Positions 37,965 through 52,401 are shown, counted from the stretch's first letter. The stretch: 64,000 nt of DNA from Sphyrna mokarran (GCA_024679065.1 JAGIQG010000015.1:73098001-73162000), one strand, 5' to 3'. Numbers and translations are program-made. The notes: a model not told the origin generated them from the sequence alone.

Positions 37965-39010
37965 CCAAGGATGTGCGAGTTAGGTTGAATGGCCATGCTT
38001 AATTTGCCCTTAATATCAGGGGGATTAGTAAATAAATACGTGGGGCTACGGTATGGTTGGGACTAGTGTCTGTGTGGATTTTCTTCAGGTGCTCCTGTTT
38101 CCTCCCACAGTGGAAAGATGTACAGGTTAGATGGACTGGCCATGCGAAATTGCTCCTAGTGTCAAGGATTAGTATGTGTGGTTACGGGGATTGGGCGTGG
38201 GTGGGATTGTGGCTGGTATAGGCATAAAGGGCCGGAAGGTTGCCTTCTATGACATTTATTTATAGTTTAGTTATTACTCCCGGCCAATACAACTATGTTG
38301 TTGGAGAAGGCTCAATGGGCTGAATGGCCTCCTTCTGCACTGTAGAGACTATGATGATGTTGCTACCAATTGTTACTACCAAGCAAAGTGGTTGAGGCAT
38401 ATATGCTAGGATTATTTAAGACTTATATACATAACTACATGAACAGACTGGGGATAGAGGGATACAAATGGATGGTCTAATTAGGAACACATGATTGGTG
38501 CAGGCTTGGAGGGCTGAAGGGCCTGACCCTGTGCTATATTGTTCTTTGTTACAAGTATGGATTACAATAACACTGCAATGAAGTTACTGTAAAACACATT
38601 CTAGCACCTGTTCAGCTATATGGAGAATTTAACATGGCCATTGCATTTAACATAGCCTACACAGTGTTAGCATTGCTGCCTCAAAGCATATCTTTAGGAC
38701 TGTGGGAGGAAATCAGAGCACCTGGAGGAAAACCCACGTGGACATGGGAATTAAGTGCAAACTGTGCACAGACAGTGACCCAAGCTAAGACTCAAACCCA
38801 GGTCGCTGGCACTGTGAGGCAGCAGTGCTAACCATTGTGCCAATCAAGGTGGATTTGCTACACTAAATTGCTTCTTATGTCCCAAGATGTGCTGTTTAGA
38901 TGGATTGTCGATGGGAAGTGTTTGGGGTTACAGGGAGAAGGCCTGGATAAGATTCTCTGTCAGAGAATATGTGTAGACTTGATTGGCCTAATGGTAGGGG
39001 TTCTGTGATT
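37965..39010. mobile_element. Cluster of V-type SINE and CR1 tail fragments in both orientations
   Basis: Multiple core and tail matches, including a minus-strand type B copy at about 38550-38842. Confidence 0.7.
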
Positions 39011-39839
39011 GAAGGAGTAGGGGACCAATTTGTCCCTTATTTTGCAGAACTAATCCATTCCACCCCTTTTTATACACAGCATTACAACCCTATCTCTCAG
39101 CTCTGACCGTGCCTGCTGTTTGGATACCTCCTCCCCCATTAAAAGAGTATCCCTTAATTTTCACAGCAGTTGGTTGAGTAGGCTGTTTTGAGACTTGAAA
39201 AGTAAAGGGTGGAGCTTAAAGTCAACTGAAGCTTACAACTTGTTGAGTCACAACTTCATCTCTGACTGGCTTCTTACAGTCTTGCTTGTTTCACTCAGAC
39301 CCATCCCTGGACGTTTCAGGATCAGTCACCCATCAACCATCTGACAAATATGGATATGAGATAACTATCAAAACAAGAAGTAAAAAAAAGAGAGAGATAG
39401 TCGCTCTGAAGATGCTTCACAGGAGCACTAATGAAACATGATGCTAAGCCACATAACATATTAGGTCAGATGACCAAAAGCTTAGCTATAAAGGTAGGTT
39501 GTAAGGCATGCCTTAAAGGAGAAAAATGAGGTGTAGACATAATAATTCCAGAATTTGGGGCCAAACCAATTTAAGACACAGCCACAATTGGTGGAGTAAT
39601 TATGATTGAGGCTTTGCAAAAGGCCAGAATTAGACGAGTGTAGATATCTCCTTAGGGTTGGGGGGGGGATTAGAGAAGATCGGGAGTGGCAAGACCATGG
39701 AGGGATTTGAATTAAGATGTTGCTTAATCAGGAACTGATATAGGCCAGTGAGTACAGGAGGAACAGGACTTGTTAGGACAAAGGCAGGGGAGTTTTGGAT
39801 GGCCTCAAGTTTGCAAAGGGTCAGGATTGGCTGTCCCTC

Positions 39840-40480
39840 AATTGAAAATGAAGTCTACTCAGGGTCAAAACTTTCTATCTTGGGTCTTCATGTGACTGAA
39901 CAGTCAATTCTTGACCTACATACTTTGAGTAAATGGGCAGGATGTCCTTGGATTAATGGGATCCGAAGTGGTGAATTTGGTCCTATTTCTTTCCTTTCCC
40001 ACTTCTCTGCTTCATTCAGGGACTTCAAGTGTGATGCAGCTTAAGAGAAAAGGTTTTCACCATTCAGAACCACTTGTAGCAAACTGTTCCCATTCCATTA
40101 AGGTCAATGATGCCATGTTTCAAGGTATCAAGAGTGTCTTAGAAGCAGTTTCTTTATCCGCTGTAATGTTGGCCATTTGAGTTGAGAGCTCAGGATCTGG
40201 TGGGTGAGGAGGTTTTCGGTCATCTGGCATAGTGTCTGATCCAAAAGTTGATTTTGGTGGAGTTTTGCCACAGTGCTGGTAGAACCATTTGTTTAACGGT
40301 CCTCCCACTGAATCCAGAGCATACAGCAGTGGCATTGCTGCTGGAATTTCTCTGGGGTTCTTGTGTATCATTGATATGCAGTCCACATCTCACTGCAGCA
40401 CAGGAGCATGATGAGCAGCTGAAGAAACAAGATGGGGTAAAGAGGGGAAGGTAGCAGATGATTCATAGGACATGAAGGCT
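39840..40480 (-). mobile_element. RTE-clade LINE fragment
   Basis: Minus strand gives LLIMLLCCSEMWTAYQ*YTRTPEKFQQQC (compare LLYGSETWTAY...LEKFHQRC). Confidence 0.55.
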
Positions 40481-40539
40481 GATGGGGTGGTAAACGAGGA
40501 TAAAGTTCTGGGAGGCAGAGGAATACCTGAAAAGCAATG

Positions 40540-40800
40540 CTGGGAATGGAACAGAAACAGTGGAGCGCCCTGTCATCCCTTCTTTTTCACCATTTCAAGG
40601 GACTGTTTCCTCTGGCCCATTCTTCCATCAGCCTCAACACCTTTTCCCACTTCCTACATCACCATCCCACGCAGGTACAGGAGATGCAATGCTCACCCAG
40701 ACATCTTGTTCCTTCCCAGTGTCAAGGATCACAAACACTCCTGAAACAGGGATTTCTTTGTTTTTATTAAGGGTACTGTATTCACTGCTCACAGCTGCAA
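40540..40800 (+). mobile_element. Penelope-like fragment
   Basis: Similar to 8150-8420 (the region before the GIY-YIG motif). Confidence 0.5.
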
Positions 40801-41599
40801 TCTCAACTGGATTGGGATGATCTCTTTGCCTTGTATAGTTGTAGCCAGAATTTCTTGCTTGGGATAGAGGCCAATGTACCACATGACTTCCAGATGATTT
40901 GCTGGACCTACAAACTAACATTTTCTGACTCATGCACAAGGACACCCAGATCTTTCTGCACCGCAGAAGGATTCTATATACTCTTTCCATTTAAAAGTTT
41001 AACCTTTATTTATAAGCTAATTTATTAAGTTTATTTATAAGTTAGTCACAAATAGGCTAACATCAACACTGCAATGAAGTTACTGTGAAAATCCCCTAGT
41101 TGCCACACTCTGGTGCCTGTTTGGATGCACTGAGGAGAATTTAGTACGGCCAATGCACCCTAACCAGCACATCTTTCAGAGTGTGAGAGGAAACCCACGC
41201 AGACACAGAGAGAATATGCAAATTCCACTCACAGAGTGACCTAAATCGGGAATCAAACCAGTGTGCTAACCACTGTGTGCCAAGCCAAAAATAATACCCT
41301 GCTTATTCATTGATTTTTTTTATTTGAAACTAGAATTTTAACTTTCATTGGAAAGTTCAAAGAAAATAAAGCTATACACAATAACATGATTTTCCATTTT
41401 TAACCTTGAAAGCCAAGTTCTTGCATAAGCATGCCTTGGAATTTTGCCCTGATGAATGTTCACTGAACTTTGTCTTTTTACAAATACTGCCAGACCTGCT
41501 CCTTATTTCACATGTGGTTAGTTTGGATTGAAAAGAGCTACAGTTCTATTATCAGAATACAGATCTGCAAATCTAAAGTTTGTATTATTTACTAGCATG

Positions 41600-42390
41600 A
41601 TGAGAAACAGGAGCAGGAGTGGGCTATTGGGTCCCTTGAGCCTGCTGTGCCATTTAATAAGACCATTGCTGATCTGATAATGGCCTTAAGTTCCTATAAT
41701 CCTAAAACATTTAGAAGACTGAGAGGTGATGTCATAGAAACTTATAAAATTCCAATTGGGTTAGACAGGATCGATTCAGAATGCTCCCAATGGTGGGAAA
41801 TCCAGAAGTATACAGTGCAGAATAAGGCCATTTGGCCCATCAAGTCTGCACCGACCACAATCCCACACAGGCCCAATCCCCATAACCTCATGCATTTACC
41901 CTAGCTAGTCCCCGACATGAAGGGTCAATTTAGCATGGCCAATCTACCTAACCTGCACATCTTTGGACTGTGAGGGAAGCCAGAGCACCTGAGGGAAATC
42001 CACTTGGGCACGGGAAGAACATACACACTCCACATAGACGGTGACCCAAGCCAGGAATCGAACCTGTGTCCCTGGCACTGAGAGGCAGCTCTGCTAATCA
42101 CAGTGCCATTGTGCTGCCGCCGTCATAGTTTGAGGAGAAGGGGTAAATCTTTTAGAACTGAGGTGAGAAATTCCTTCAACTGGAAGGTGTGAATGTGTGG
42201 AATTCACTACCATAGAAAGTAGTTGAGGCCAAAATGTCTGATTTCAAGAAGAAATTAGATATAGCTCTTGGGGCTAAAGGAATATTGGGTGGGGGAGGGG
42301 GAACAGGATATTGATGATTAGCCAGCCTGAAATGAACGGTGGAGCAGGCTCGAATGGCCGACTCCTGCTTATCATTTTCTGTGTCCCACT
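41600..42390 (+). mobile_element. CR1 3' fragment with a nested minus-strand HE1 SINE (about 41808-42120)
   Basis: RRLRGDVIETYKI, then a SINE, then the CR1 3' UTR resumes. Confidence 0.75.
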
Positions 42391-42779
42391 TGCCTTTTTC
42401 TACATCATGACCGCTTGCTTTCGTCAGAGCTCTCAGGGTCATCCTTTGTCAAGGTAATCCTGACTCAGAACATTAGCTCTGTTGCCTCTCAAAATAGCTT
42501 TTAAGCTAATAGCAGTGTTCTGAAAGCTTGTAGCTTGTGCTATCAAATAAACCCATTGGGCTAACCTGGTGTTGCGAGACTTTCTATTCTCTTTCCACAG
42601 ACACTCAGATTTGTTGAGATTTTCCAGCATTTTCTGTTTTTGTTTCAGATTACAGCATCTGCATTATTTCGTTTTCAGACCAGAAAGACCAATTTGCTAA
42701 TCTGAATCTGACTTCTATAATTCTGACAATCACAAATGTGCAGAATCTTTTTTGTTTATATATTTTATGGGACATGAGC

Positions 42780-43020
42780 ACTGCTGACTGGGACATTTGA
42801 GAATCAACCTAAGTGTTGTAGATCTGGAGTCACATGTAGGCCAGACCAGGTGAGGACAGCAGATTTCCTTCCCTAAAGGACATTAGTGGGTTTTTGCAAC
42901 AATGGTTTCATAATCATCATTAGACTTTTAATTCTAGATTTTTAGTGAATTCAAATTTCACCATCTGCTCTAGTGGGATTAGAACATTATCCTGGGTCTA
43001 GTGACAATACCACCATGCCT
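42780..43020 (-). mobile_element. Second tRNA-head SINE family
   Basis: Reverse complement of the 49765-50035 element. Confidence 0.6.
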
Positions 43021-43669
43021 CTGATGTTAGAGAAATGCCTTGAAAACTTGCAGACTAGAGCTGTTATTCCTGGCCCTGCTGTGCTATTGAGCCTCTCTCA
43101 TGTCTCTGTTCACCGAGGTTCAATGGCAGAAATCCAGCAAAATGACAGATATCACATTCCATTCCCAGTGCTGCTGAAGTCCAAGACTGCCTTATCGTGC
43201 AGCTGCACCCAGACTTCCTTTCCAATATCAGCTCTGTCGCTTCAACTAGATAAAGCTCTCGTCATTTTATAATGAGATAAACCTTGGTCAATAGTCAGAC
43301 TAATTATCGGCCTGGTGACATTCTTGCAAGCCCAATGTATTCCAAGATCCTTAAGTTAATTACCAGCTTTACCTCTGCTGTTTATACGCTGCATTTTTCA
43401 GAACTTTGTTTTTAAATCTCTTAACTCGTTTAAAGTAAAACTGGCAGTCACTCTTTATACATTTGGTTACCTCATCCTCTCCTCTGCTCCAAAGGCTGTT
43501 GAAAAAATCTCGGCCCTGCTTTTTTTCCCCTTAATTTATTTATGGGGTGTGGGGACCACTGGCAAGATTAGCATTTGTCCATGTCTAACTAACTGCCTTT
43601 GAGAAGGTGTTGGAGGATCCCATTTTTAATCACTGCAGTTCATGTTGTGAAAGTAACTCCATTATGTTA

Positions 43670-44165
43670 TTCAATAGTTCTGGTTGCCACACCACCAAAA
43701 GGCCGTGGGTGCTTTGGAGAGAGTGCAAAGGAAGTTCACTGGGATATTGCGTAGTCTGGAAGGTTTCCAGTATGAGGGGGGATTTAATAAACTCGGATTG
43801 TTTTCACTGGCATGATAGAACATTGATGGGTGACCTGATAGAAGTCTACAAAATGATGAGAGTTACAGATGGAGTGGATAGTCAGAGTCTATTTCTGATG
43901 GTGAAAGTGTTAATTGCAAGAGGGCACAGGTTTAGAGTGAGCAGGGATAAGTTTAGTGGAGATGCACAGGGAAATCTTTTCACACAGAGGATGGCGGGTA
44001 CCTGGAATGCACTGCCAGTGGAGCTAGTGGAAGCAGGCATGGTAGCAACATCCAAGGTTTACCTTGATAGAGACGTGACTGGGAGGTGAACAAAGGGATA
44101 GAGACCGTGTATCGGTGCAGGGTTGGTGGACAAAGAGCCTGTTCTAGAGCTGCTTTGTTCTTTGA
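43670..44165 (+). mobile_element. CR1/HER1 LINE 3' fragment
   Basis: [22 protein letters not shown]...FTQRMAGTWNALPVELVEAG. Confidence 0.85.
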
Positions 44166-44582
44166 CAGATACATGAGCAAAACAGGGAAGTGCATGATTC
44201 AAAGATGTTGGAATATCTTTGCTCCTGCTGGCTGCCTTGGTTAGTGGCATTCGCAAATTTGGTGTGCACTGTTGAAGCTTTGGTGAATTGCTGCAGTGCA
44301 ACTTGTCACGAGAGGCATTGTAATCTACAATTTGCCAGTCGTAGACAGACTGCTATCAAGTGGACTGCATTGTGCTCAGATGGAGTCAACCTTCTTCAAT
44401 CTTATAGCTTCCCCTATCTGTGGAAGCAAAGAGCATTCAATTACTTTTCAGACTTGAACATCGTAAGGGCTTTAAGAGATTCTGAAGCAGACTGAACCAA
44501 TAGGGTGTATAACATTTATATTTTAATATTGTCACTTCAGAAGGATACATAAACTTCATACAGTTAATGAGCTAACTTGCTA

Positions 44583-45450
44583 TGTGAGAATTTTTTAAAA
44601 ATATATTTTTGGGGAATATTGTGTTATTCAGTGAAAAAAGATTGTGTGTAGACATGATTTAATTAAGCTAGGAAAGGTTACTTTCAATCATGAAAAAGGT
44701 GTTGGATGTATGCACTTGTAATGAGACTTTCCTGCTACAATGTTTATAAGTCAATAGGCTACGATTAGATACTTGCATTAGGAGATACACAGGGAATTTA
44801 GTTCAGCTGTTAAAATTTTAAAGGGGACTAAGGAACTTTGACAACTTTTAGTGGTTTCATAAACGAGGGAAGGTTATGAAATTATATTTGACCTGAAAGT
44901 GGGGAGCCATGGGAAAAAATGAATAATTTTTTATGGTTTGGAAAAGTTGAGTTCAAAGAAGTGCTGAATAGAATTATAGATGAAAGGGAAGAAGGATATT
45001 TAGGGAGAGATGTTGACTTGGTTTGATGTTGGCTGTGTGAAGCAGATCTCCTAGAAACCACTCTGGACTGGGAGAAGGTGAAGTTTGAATCAATAAAGCC
45101 AGAAGAGTCCTGGGCTACAAAAAGCAATCTTGTTTTTAAAGATTTCTTGGATTTCCACAGCAGAATGGAAGTGAGTTTGAATGGGTGTATAGTATATCTT
45201 ATTAAAGTGACAACAGCTTTGCCTTGGACCATATGGGATATTTATAGTTAAACATCTATAGGTGGAGGTATTTCCTGGAAGGTACTTATTTATGTATCTG
45301 ACCAAGTCAGGAGTCATTTGGACGGAATGTGTTGTAAGACTAATTTTAACTGTGTAACTGTAATCTTGTGTGCTTAAATTTTCTTGTGAATAAATGTCTA
45401 ACTTTTTAAAAAATATCCCAAGTGTTATTGGATTTCTTGCTGCTAAGATT
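44583..45450 (+). mobile_element. Possible solo LTR
   Basis: Starts with TG, GT-rich body and an AATAAA near the end; resembles 50891-51578. No TSD confirmed. Confidence 0.3.
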
Positions 45451-45949
45451 AATACTTCTATTTGATATCCCTAGTCTCATTTCAGGCTCCTTCATAAACA
45501 CGGATGATACATTTTACTGCATCCCCCATTTTAAAGTATTAATTTCATTCATGTCAGTTCTTAGTGAATCCCACACCTTCTGCACTTGGCACATGCATAG
45601 GGAAACAGCTATCATATCCTCAGTCCGTGCAGTAAAATGGACAGTTCATAGCTCTTGCACCCCATACCCAAGCCTCATATATGAATCCCACTTTGCTATC
45701 TAAAAATGTCAGTAATGGCTTCCATTTCTTAGGCCTGTTACAAAGAAAGCCACATCCAGTTGGGCCTCCAGGCCTAGATCACAGACCAGAACCAGCTGAT
45801 TGCGTGACAGCATATGCAATACTCCAGGTTTCCTTATTCTGGATATGTATAGAAACTTGTCATTGCTGGTCCCAGCCTGAATCCACTATTTGTCTCAGAA
45901 ATATCACAACATACAGCAGTCAAAACAATGGAAGCGATATTCCATTGTC

Positions 45950-46693
45950 GCTGACACTAATCCGGGAAAAATTGCTTGTTGGTCTAAAAATGGGCCCTGC
46001 GCCCAGTGTGAAATGGTTTGCAATTATCATGATTCCTCGTTGCTGATGCCAACTGAATCGCACCCAGAACGGATACAAGGCCAATTAGCATATTTAAAGT
46101 AGCATTTAAGTATATTTAGCCTGTTCGATGACGGATTCTCCCAGCTCCTGGAATCTTCCGACCCTCAGGGGCAGCCAAAACCTGGTGAGAATCATTTGGA
46201 GACCAGATGTAATGACTACGCCGGGGATCTTGGAGGCTATTGAAGCCCCTGGGTGGTCAGAGGCATGGCCAGTTAGTGCCCAAATGGCAGGGTCCATCTG
46301 GCACGCTGGCAGTGCCAGTTGGACACTGGCAGTGCACCTGGGACAGTGTCAAGCAAGTGGGACCAGAGTGGAAATCAGGGATTGGGACATGAAGGGGTGG
46401 GGGGGGCATGTCAGGGATCATGGAGGGGACCCATCTGGAGGGCTCCAGTGCCAGCAATCAGTGGGGGAACATGTCACCATTAAGAGGGCACGAATAAGGA
46501 CTCGATGTCTATGGGGAGAGGGAAGAGATTTCCCAGTGCACTGTGAGATCGGTGCATTGTGCCCTTTCACAATGATGCTTGATTGCTTTGTGGCATGTTT
46601 AGGCAACAGTGATGTGGTCCACACAGGCAGACTGGTGCAGATGGTCCCGGTTTTCTCATCTATGTGACACATTTTGTGAGAAAATTTCACCCA
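45950..46693. mobile_element. GC-rich non-autonomous element (MITE-like end gagaaaatttcaccc)
   Basis: GC-rich body with repeated ggcagtgcc units; the terminus resembles the GGG...CCC MITE family. Confidence 0.4.
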
Positions 46694-47024
46694 ATATCTT
46701 CAGCAATTCTAGGACGGCCTGATGAATTCCATCAAAAATGCCTTTAAATGCCATCAATCTCCCAGATTATTTCTCATTGCTGTCTAATAGTAGCACGGAC
46801 TGTCTGAATATCTGAACAAACAAAAGTACAGCTCAGGCACAGGTCCTTCAGCTCTTGAAACCTGAACTGATCGTGATGCTGTAACTAAACTAAAATAAAA
46901 ACCTTCTTCCCTTACTCGGTCCATATCCCTCTAGTCTCTCCCTGTTCGTATATCCATACAGATGCCTGTCAAATGTTGCTAATGTGCCAGCTTCCACCAG
47001 AAGCGCCCTTAACACCCTTAAACT

Positions 47025-47430
47025 CAGCTGACAAAGGATCGTCCAGATTCAAAACATTGGCTCTATTTTCTCTCCACAGATCATAGAGTCCTACAGTGCA
47101 GAAGGAGGACATTCGGCACATTGAGTTAGCATCAGTCACCATCCCTGTAACCCCACGCATTTACCCTAGCTAGTCCTCCTGACACTAAGCGGCAGTTTTG
47201 CATGGCCAGTCCACCTAACCTGCACATTTTTGGATTGTGGGAGGAATCCAGAGCACCCAGAGAAAAACCAACGCAGACATGAGGAGAATGTGCAAACCCC
47301 ACACAGGCAATGACTCAAGCCAGGATTCGAACCCAGGTCCCTGACACTGTAAGGCAGCAGTGCTAACCACTGTGCCACCCCTGTCATGCTGACAGACTGC
47401 TGAGATTTTCCAGCATTTTCTGTTTTTGTT
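47025..47430. mobile_element. Penelope-like terminus interrupted by a minus-strand HE1 SINE (about 47080-47385)
   Basis: ctctccacaga, SINE, then tgctgacagactgctgagattttccagc. Confidence 0.7.
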
Positions 47431-48122
47431 AAGGGTTAATCATTTCTTGCTGGTAATCAGAGGTGGAGTTAATCAGATGATCACAGTTTCCAGAATAGTT
47501 TCTTCAAAGCTGATTATACGTGTTTGAAAATAAATGCTTTATGTATGGAACAATGTTATTTCAGTCAACATAAATCCATGACACTTTAATTTTAAATTAC
47601 AAAGGCAATTTTCTGACAATTGTTTTTCGAGTATGGCTGTCTTAACTCTCACATATGAAATAAATACTTTCATGAATTTTTGAATTTCACACTTCACTAA
47701 CTGTAAATTAATAGGCTGCTTGTACATCGCTCAGGACTAGCTGAACAGAAATGTCAACTAGATTCTGGGGAGAATGAAGCCAGAGGCTCCTGAATGTGAA
47801 TTCAGTTCCCTAGACAATGGGTGGAATTTTACACCAGTGGGATTTTGCACTCCCATTGAAATCAATGGATTTTTGAATGGCATTTTACAGCCCTATCCAC
47901 AGTAGGCCAGTAAACTTCTACCCCTTGACTTTATGACTCTTATCTGAGCTTGAACTAGACTTTGCTACCTTGGCACTATTTTTAACCTCAAGATGAGCTT
48001 TCAACTACATAGTCGCACCATCACAGAGATCTTCTATTCCACTCTGATAATATTGCCCAACTCTATCCTACCTTAGTATGAGTGCTATGAGCTTGCTAAT
48101 GTGCTTGTTAATTAATCCGTTA

Positions 48123-48385
48123 GGGCGGCACAGTGGTTAACACTGCTGCTTCTCAGCATCAGGGACCTGGATTCAATTCCAGCCTTCGTTGATTGTCTGT
48201 GTGGAATTTACACTTTCTCCCCCTGTTAGCATGGGTTTCTTCTGGGTGTTCCAGTTTCCTCCCACAGTCTGAAATTTGCACCAGTTAGGTGGGTTGGCCA
48301 TCCTAAATTGCTCCTTAGTGTCCCAGACCGTATTAGCAGGGTAAATATGTGGTGTTGTGGGATAGGGCCTGAATAAGATTCTATA
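48123..48385 (+). mobile_element. HE1/V-type SINE
   Basis: Head gggcggcacagtggttaacactgc and core. Confidence 0.8.
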
Positions 48386-49764
48386 ACTTCCATGAGCTTG
48401 TTATGGCTTTGTTAATTAAACTGTTAGGATACACCACTGGAGGGCATTGTTTAATTATGTACCTTGAGCATGTTAAAATAAGGGACACCAACACGCTTCA
48501 GGCCTTCTGCAACTTTTGGTTCAGTTACTTAAATTTCCATTTGACATTAGATTTTAATTACAGTGCTCCACCAAAGGGCTGTCATTTTTGTTTAATTTAG
48601 TGGTTAGCATGGTTACTATGGGGACAGGGAAGCTTAGGGTGAAACTTATTGGGTGCAGAGTGTAAAATGGGCGAGAGCAGCTGTGCTGATTGTGGAGAGA
48701 CTTCCAGTCTCTCAAGTTCTGGGCAGAAGAGAGGGAGGCTTCAGAAAGAGAGAGAGTGAGAAGGGTTACAGCTCATGTAGCGAACAGAGAGAATAAGGCT
48801 ACAAGTTGCCTGAGAGCTCCCGAGCAGAAATGCAGGAAAATAAAGTCAGGGTCTGGTTAAAGAGATGCATCCTGAAGATTGTAGTTGAGAGCAGGTGGGG
48901 GGATTAGTTGGATATGTAGGTTAGGTGGATTAGCCATGATAAATGTGCAGAGTTACAGAGGTAAGGGGAAGAGAGGGGAGTGCAGGTGGTCTGCGTAAAG
49001 TGCTCTTTCAACACAGACTGTAACCATTCAATGATAACCTGAAAATGAGGACTGCACAGGGGAGAAGTCGGTGGTGGAAGAGACAATAGGTGAATCATTC
49101 CTGTGGGAGAGCTAACAGCAACTGAATGATCTGCTTCTGTGCTGTAATCTGTTTTTGATTATGCGTATTAGGAGAAAGGCAGGACAACAAAGTCAGACAA
49201 AGAAATCCAGGTATTTAGTTAAAGGATATTAAAGTTGAATGAAGCATAAGGAACAACATAGAAAGTGAGTGAATAGTCTTTTTTTCCCTGCTATATTTTC
49301 TATATAATTTAGTATCTATTTAGGATGAAAAAGCAGTTTTCTTTCTATGTACATTATTAATAACAGTAGCATAATAATGAAACACACCTGAATGAGATGG
49401 ATGTAATAATTTTATCAATTAAATGTGATTATAGCCTAGATTAACTGAGATTAAAGTTTTTAATTGAGAGCTTAGTTGCAGTTTTTTTGCAGAAAAATAC
49501 ATTTGACTGTCCTAATTATGAATATTAAAAAAACAGACAGAGGTAATGAAAAGCCTGCAAAACACAATAGGGCAACAAGCTGTTCAGAGTGGAAGGGGAG
49601 AGAAGAAGAAAAACCCAGCAAAAATAAAGCACGGGGGCTGGAAAAATGACTTCTCTGTCTCTCTTTAAATCAATTTTTATCACTGTCTAATCCAACATGT
49701 TCTGTCTGAATGAAAGATCAAGCTGTTGATAATCACTATGCAATGTAAGCCAGAAATCCTCTGA

Positions 49765-50035
49765 GAGGCGATGGCCTAATGGTATTACTGCTAGACTATT
49801 AATCCAGAAACTTGACTTGGGACCCAGGTTCAAATCCTGCCATGGCAGATGGTGGAATTTGAATTCAATAAAAAGAACTCTGGAATTAACAATCTACTGA
49901 TAACCATGAAACCATTATTGGAAAAAACCCATCTGGTCCATTAAATTCCCTTTCAGGAAGGAAATCTGCCCTCCTTACCTGGTCTGGCCTACGTGTGACT
50001 CCAGAGCCATATGGTTGACTCTCGGCTGTCCTTTG
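49765..50035 (+). mobile_element. Second tRNA-head SINE family
   Basis: A box ggcctaatggt, B box ggttcaaatcc, body ggaaggaaatctgcc...ctggtctggcctacgtgtgactcc. Partial copies at about 59330-59700(+) and 61600-61740(-). Confidence 0.65.
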
Positions 50036-50139
50036 TAGTTGTAGTCCACTGGGTAGCAGTCTGAATAACAATTGTTCCCCATTACTCTGGTTCCTGTCAC
50101 TCAGTTGACTTTAATCTACCATGCTGTCAAACGGATTTG

Positions 50140-50480
50140 GGACAGTATGGTGGGATAGTTGTTTGCACTGCTGTCTCACAGCACCAGAGACCCGGGTTCA
50201 ATTCCAACCTTGGGTGACAACTTGTGAGGCGTTTGCATATTCTCCCCATGTCTGCATGGGTTTCTTTCAGGTGTTCTGTTTTCATCCCACAGTCCAAAGA
50301 GGTGCAGGTTAGGTGGCTTGGCCATGTTAATTGGACTCTTATTGCCCAAAGCTGCATAGATTAGGGGGAATTGACCATGATAAATATACGAGGTTACAGG
50401 AATAGAGTGGAGGGGAGGGCCCCTTTGGAGAACCAGTGCAGACTTGATGGGCCAAATGGCCTCTTTCTGTAGTTCTATAG
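50140..50480 (+). mobile_element. HE1/V-type SINE
   Basis: Head, core and CR1-like tail. Confidence 0.8.
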
Positions 50481-52401
50481 TTCTTTGCAATTTGTAGGCT
50501 CCAGATAATTTACTCATTTTAAGTACTGCCAGCCAATTGAGTACTCCCCTTTTTAAAAATCAATTTTTATCCCATCCAGTACATCAAATATCTCCTTTCT
50601 CATCACGACTTCTGCAGCATCTCCTTCCTTGGTATAGATACATGAAATTTGTTCATTTACTACCTCAGTCATAATCTTTGCTTCCATGTATACATTTGCT
50701 TTTTGCTCCGAAATCGACCCCATCCCTTTGACATTAGTGTACCTTTGAGAAAACTTTGTTTTAAATCATATTCTCTGCAGCTCTCACAGTTTCAGTGTTT
50801 TTCATTGTGTCACTGGGCTGTCTTAGACATCCTTCTATTACTTCTTCAGGGGTTTAAATGGGGTTTGTTTATTTTTACCCTGGGTTGTTTTGTGACCTTG
50901 CATTTCTAGGAGAAAAGTCATGTGTTCTGGACAGTTTATTTTCCCCAATAATTTTAAAGTTTCATTTTCTGTTTTGGGGTTGGCAGCAGTGTTTTAGTTT
51001 TAGAAAGGACAAGAAACTGAAAATAAATCTCTCTCTCTCTCTTTGGAAATTCTGCTGGTTATCTGAAAGCAAGAGGTCTTGCCTTCCTGCAATAGAAAAT
51101 CTATTGTCAGTGGCTTGACCAGAATCTCTCCCTGGTGTTCTAAGAAGCTATTCTGACTTCAAATTGTTCTTAGTGGACCAAGAGAATTACAGCATTCATC
51201 CAAAAGATTCAATTCCAGTATCATTTAGGCATTAGCCTTTGCTGTGTTAAACTTGTGAATGGGTTTTGTTTGGTTGGAAGATCTTAAATATCTTTGTTGA
51301 GAGTTATACATTATTGTGGTTCTTTTGTTTTTGTTTGTAATTGATACAATTGATATCAATTATCTAATTGATAATTAGCAAAATGCTAATTTTCTTTCCA
51401 TACATGTTAACTATATTCTTAAATAAATCTTGTTTGATAAAAGCTCCCTAGTGAGTCATTTGAATCATACTTGAGATGAAACATCTCATTCTTATCCCTG
51501 GCCAAATTTGAAGTGCAAAATGTATGAGTCAGGTAGGCTCTGTAAAACACTTTGAAGTTTCTGATCTGATCCATATCATCCCTCTCATATTATCCATTTA
51601 CTGTTTATTTCCTATAGAAACCTTCTAGATTTCCTTTCATGTTGTTAGAACCCCAGACCCAAACACTGAGATTTATTAAGAAGTCAGACTAGGCACCAAC
51701 AATTTTTCTATTTTGGCATGAATGTTAGGAATGGATCCTTCACTCCAGGAGTAATTCCATTAATAAATTGAGGATTGTTGTTATCAAGATGAGTTTAATT
51801 CATAACACAGTTGAGTATAACTCTAACAAAATGAACAGTTTAACTCTTAACAGTTGCATAATATTTAAACATGAAAAGAAACAACTCTTAATTTTAACTT
51901 ATCATAATTTCAGTTCCAAATAAACAACATTCTCCTTACAGACTTAAAATACTTAAAACATAGTTTGCAATCACAACTGTACTTGCTGTTGTAATGTAGA
52001 CAGTCTTAGAGTTTTCAGACAGATATTGAACTTTCAGATGCTTGCAAAATTCTCCTAACTTCAAACAGAACAATTAAATTTCAACTCCTTTCCAAAAGAA
52101 ACTGTTTCTTTCTCTGCTACAGATCTAAGACTGTACATAAACTACACATCATTACTTGATCCTGTCAATCATTCTAATCCAAAACAGGGATAGAGTGGAG
52201 GGGAGGGCCCCTTTGGAGAACCAGTGCAGACTTGATGGGCCAAATGGCCTCTTTCTGTAGTTCTATAGTTCTTTGCAATTTGTAGGCTCCAGATAATTTA
52301 CTCATTTAAGTACTGCCAGCCAATTGAGTATTCCTCTTTTTAAAAATCAATTTTTATCCCATCCAGTACCTCAAATATCTCCTTTCTCATCATGACTTCT
52401 G
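50396..52401. repeat. About 218-bp direct repeat (50396-50614 and 52184-52401)
   Basis: Near-identical copies 1788 bp apart, with a few substitutions and a 1-nt indel. Confidence 0.92.

Noticed and set aside
46128-46667. 179-aa ORF
   Set aside because: It lies in a GC-rich repetitive element, with no recognisable domain and a non-ATG start.
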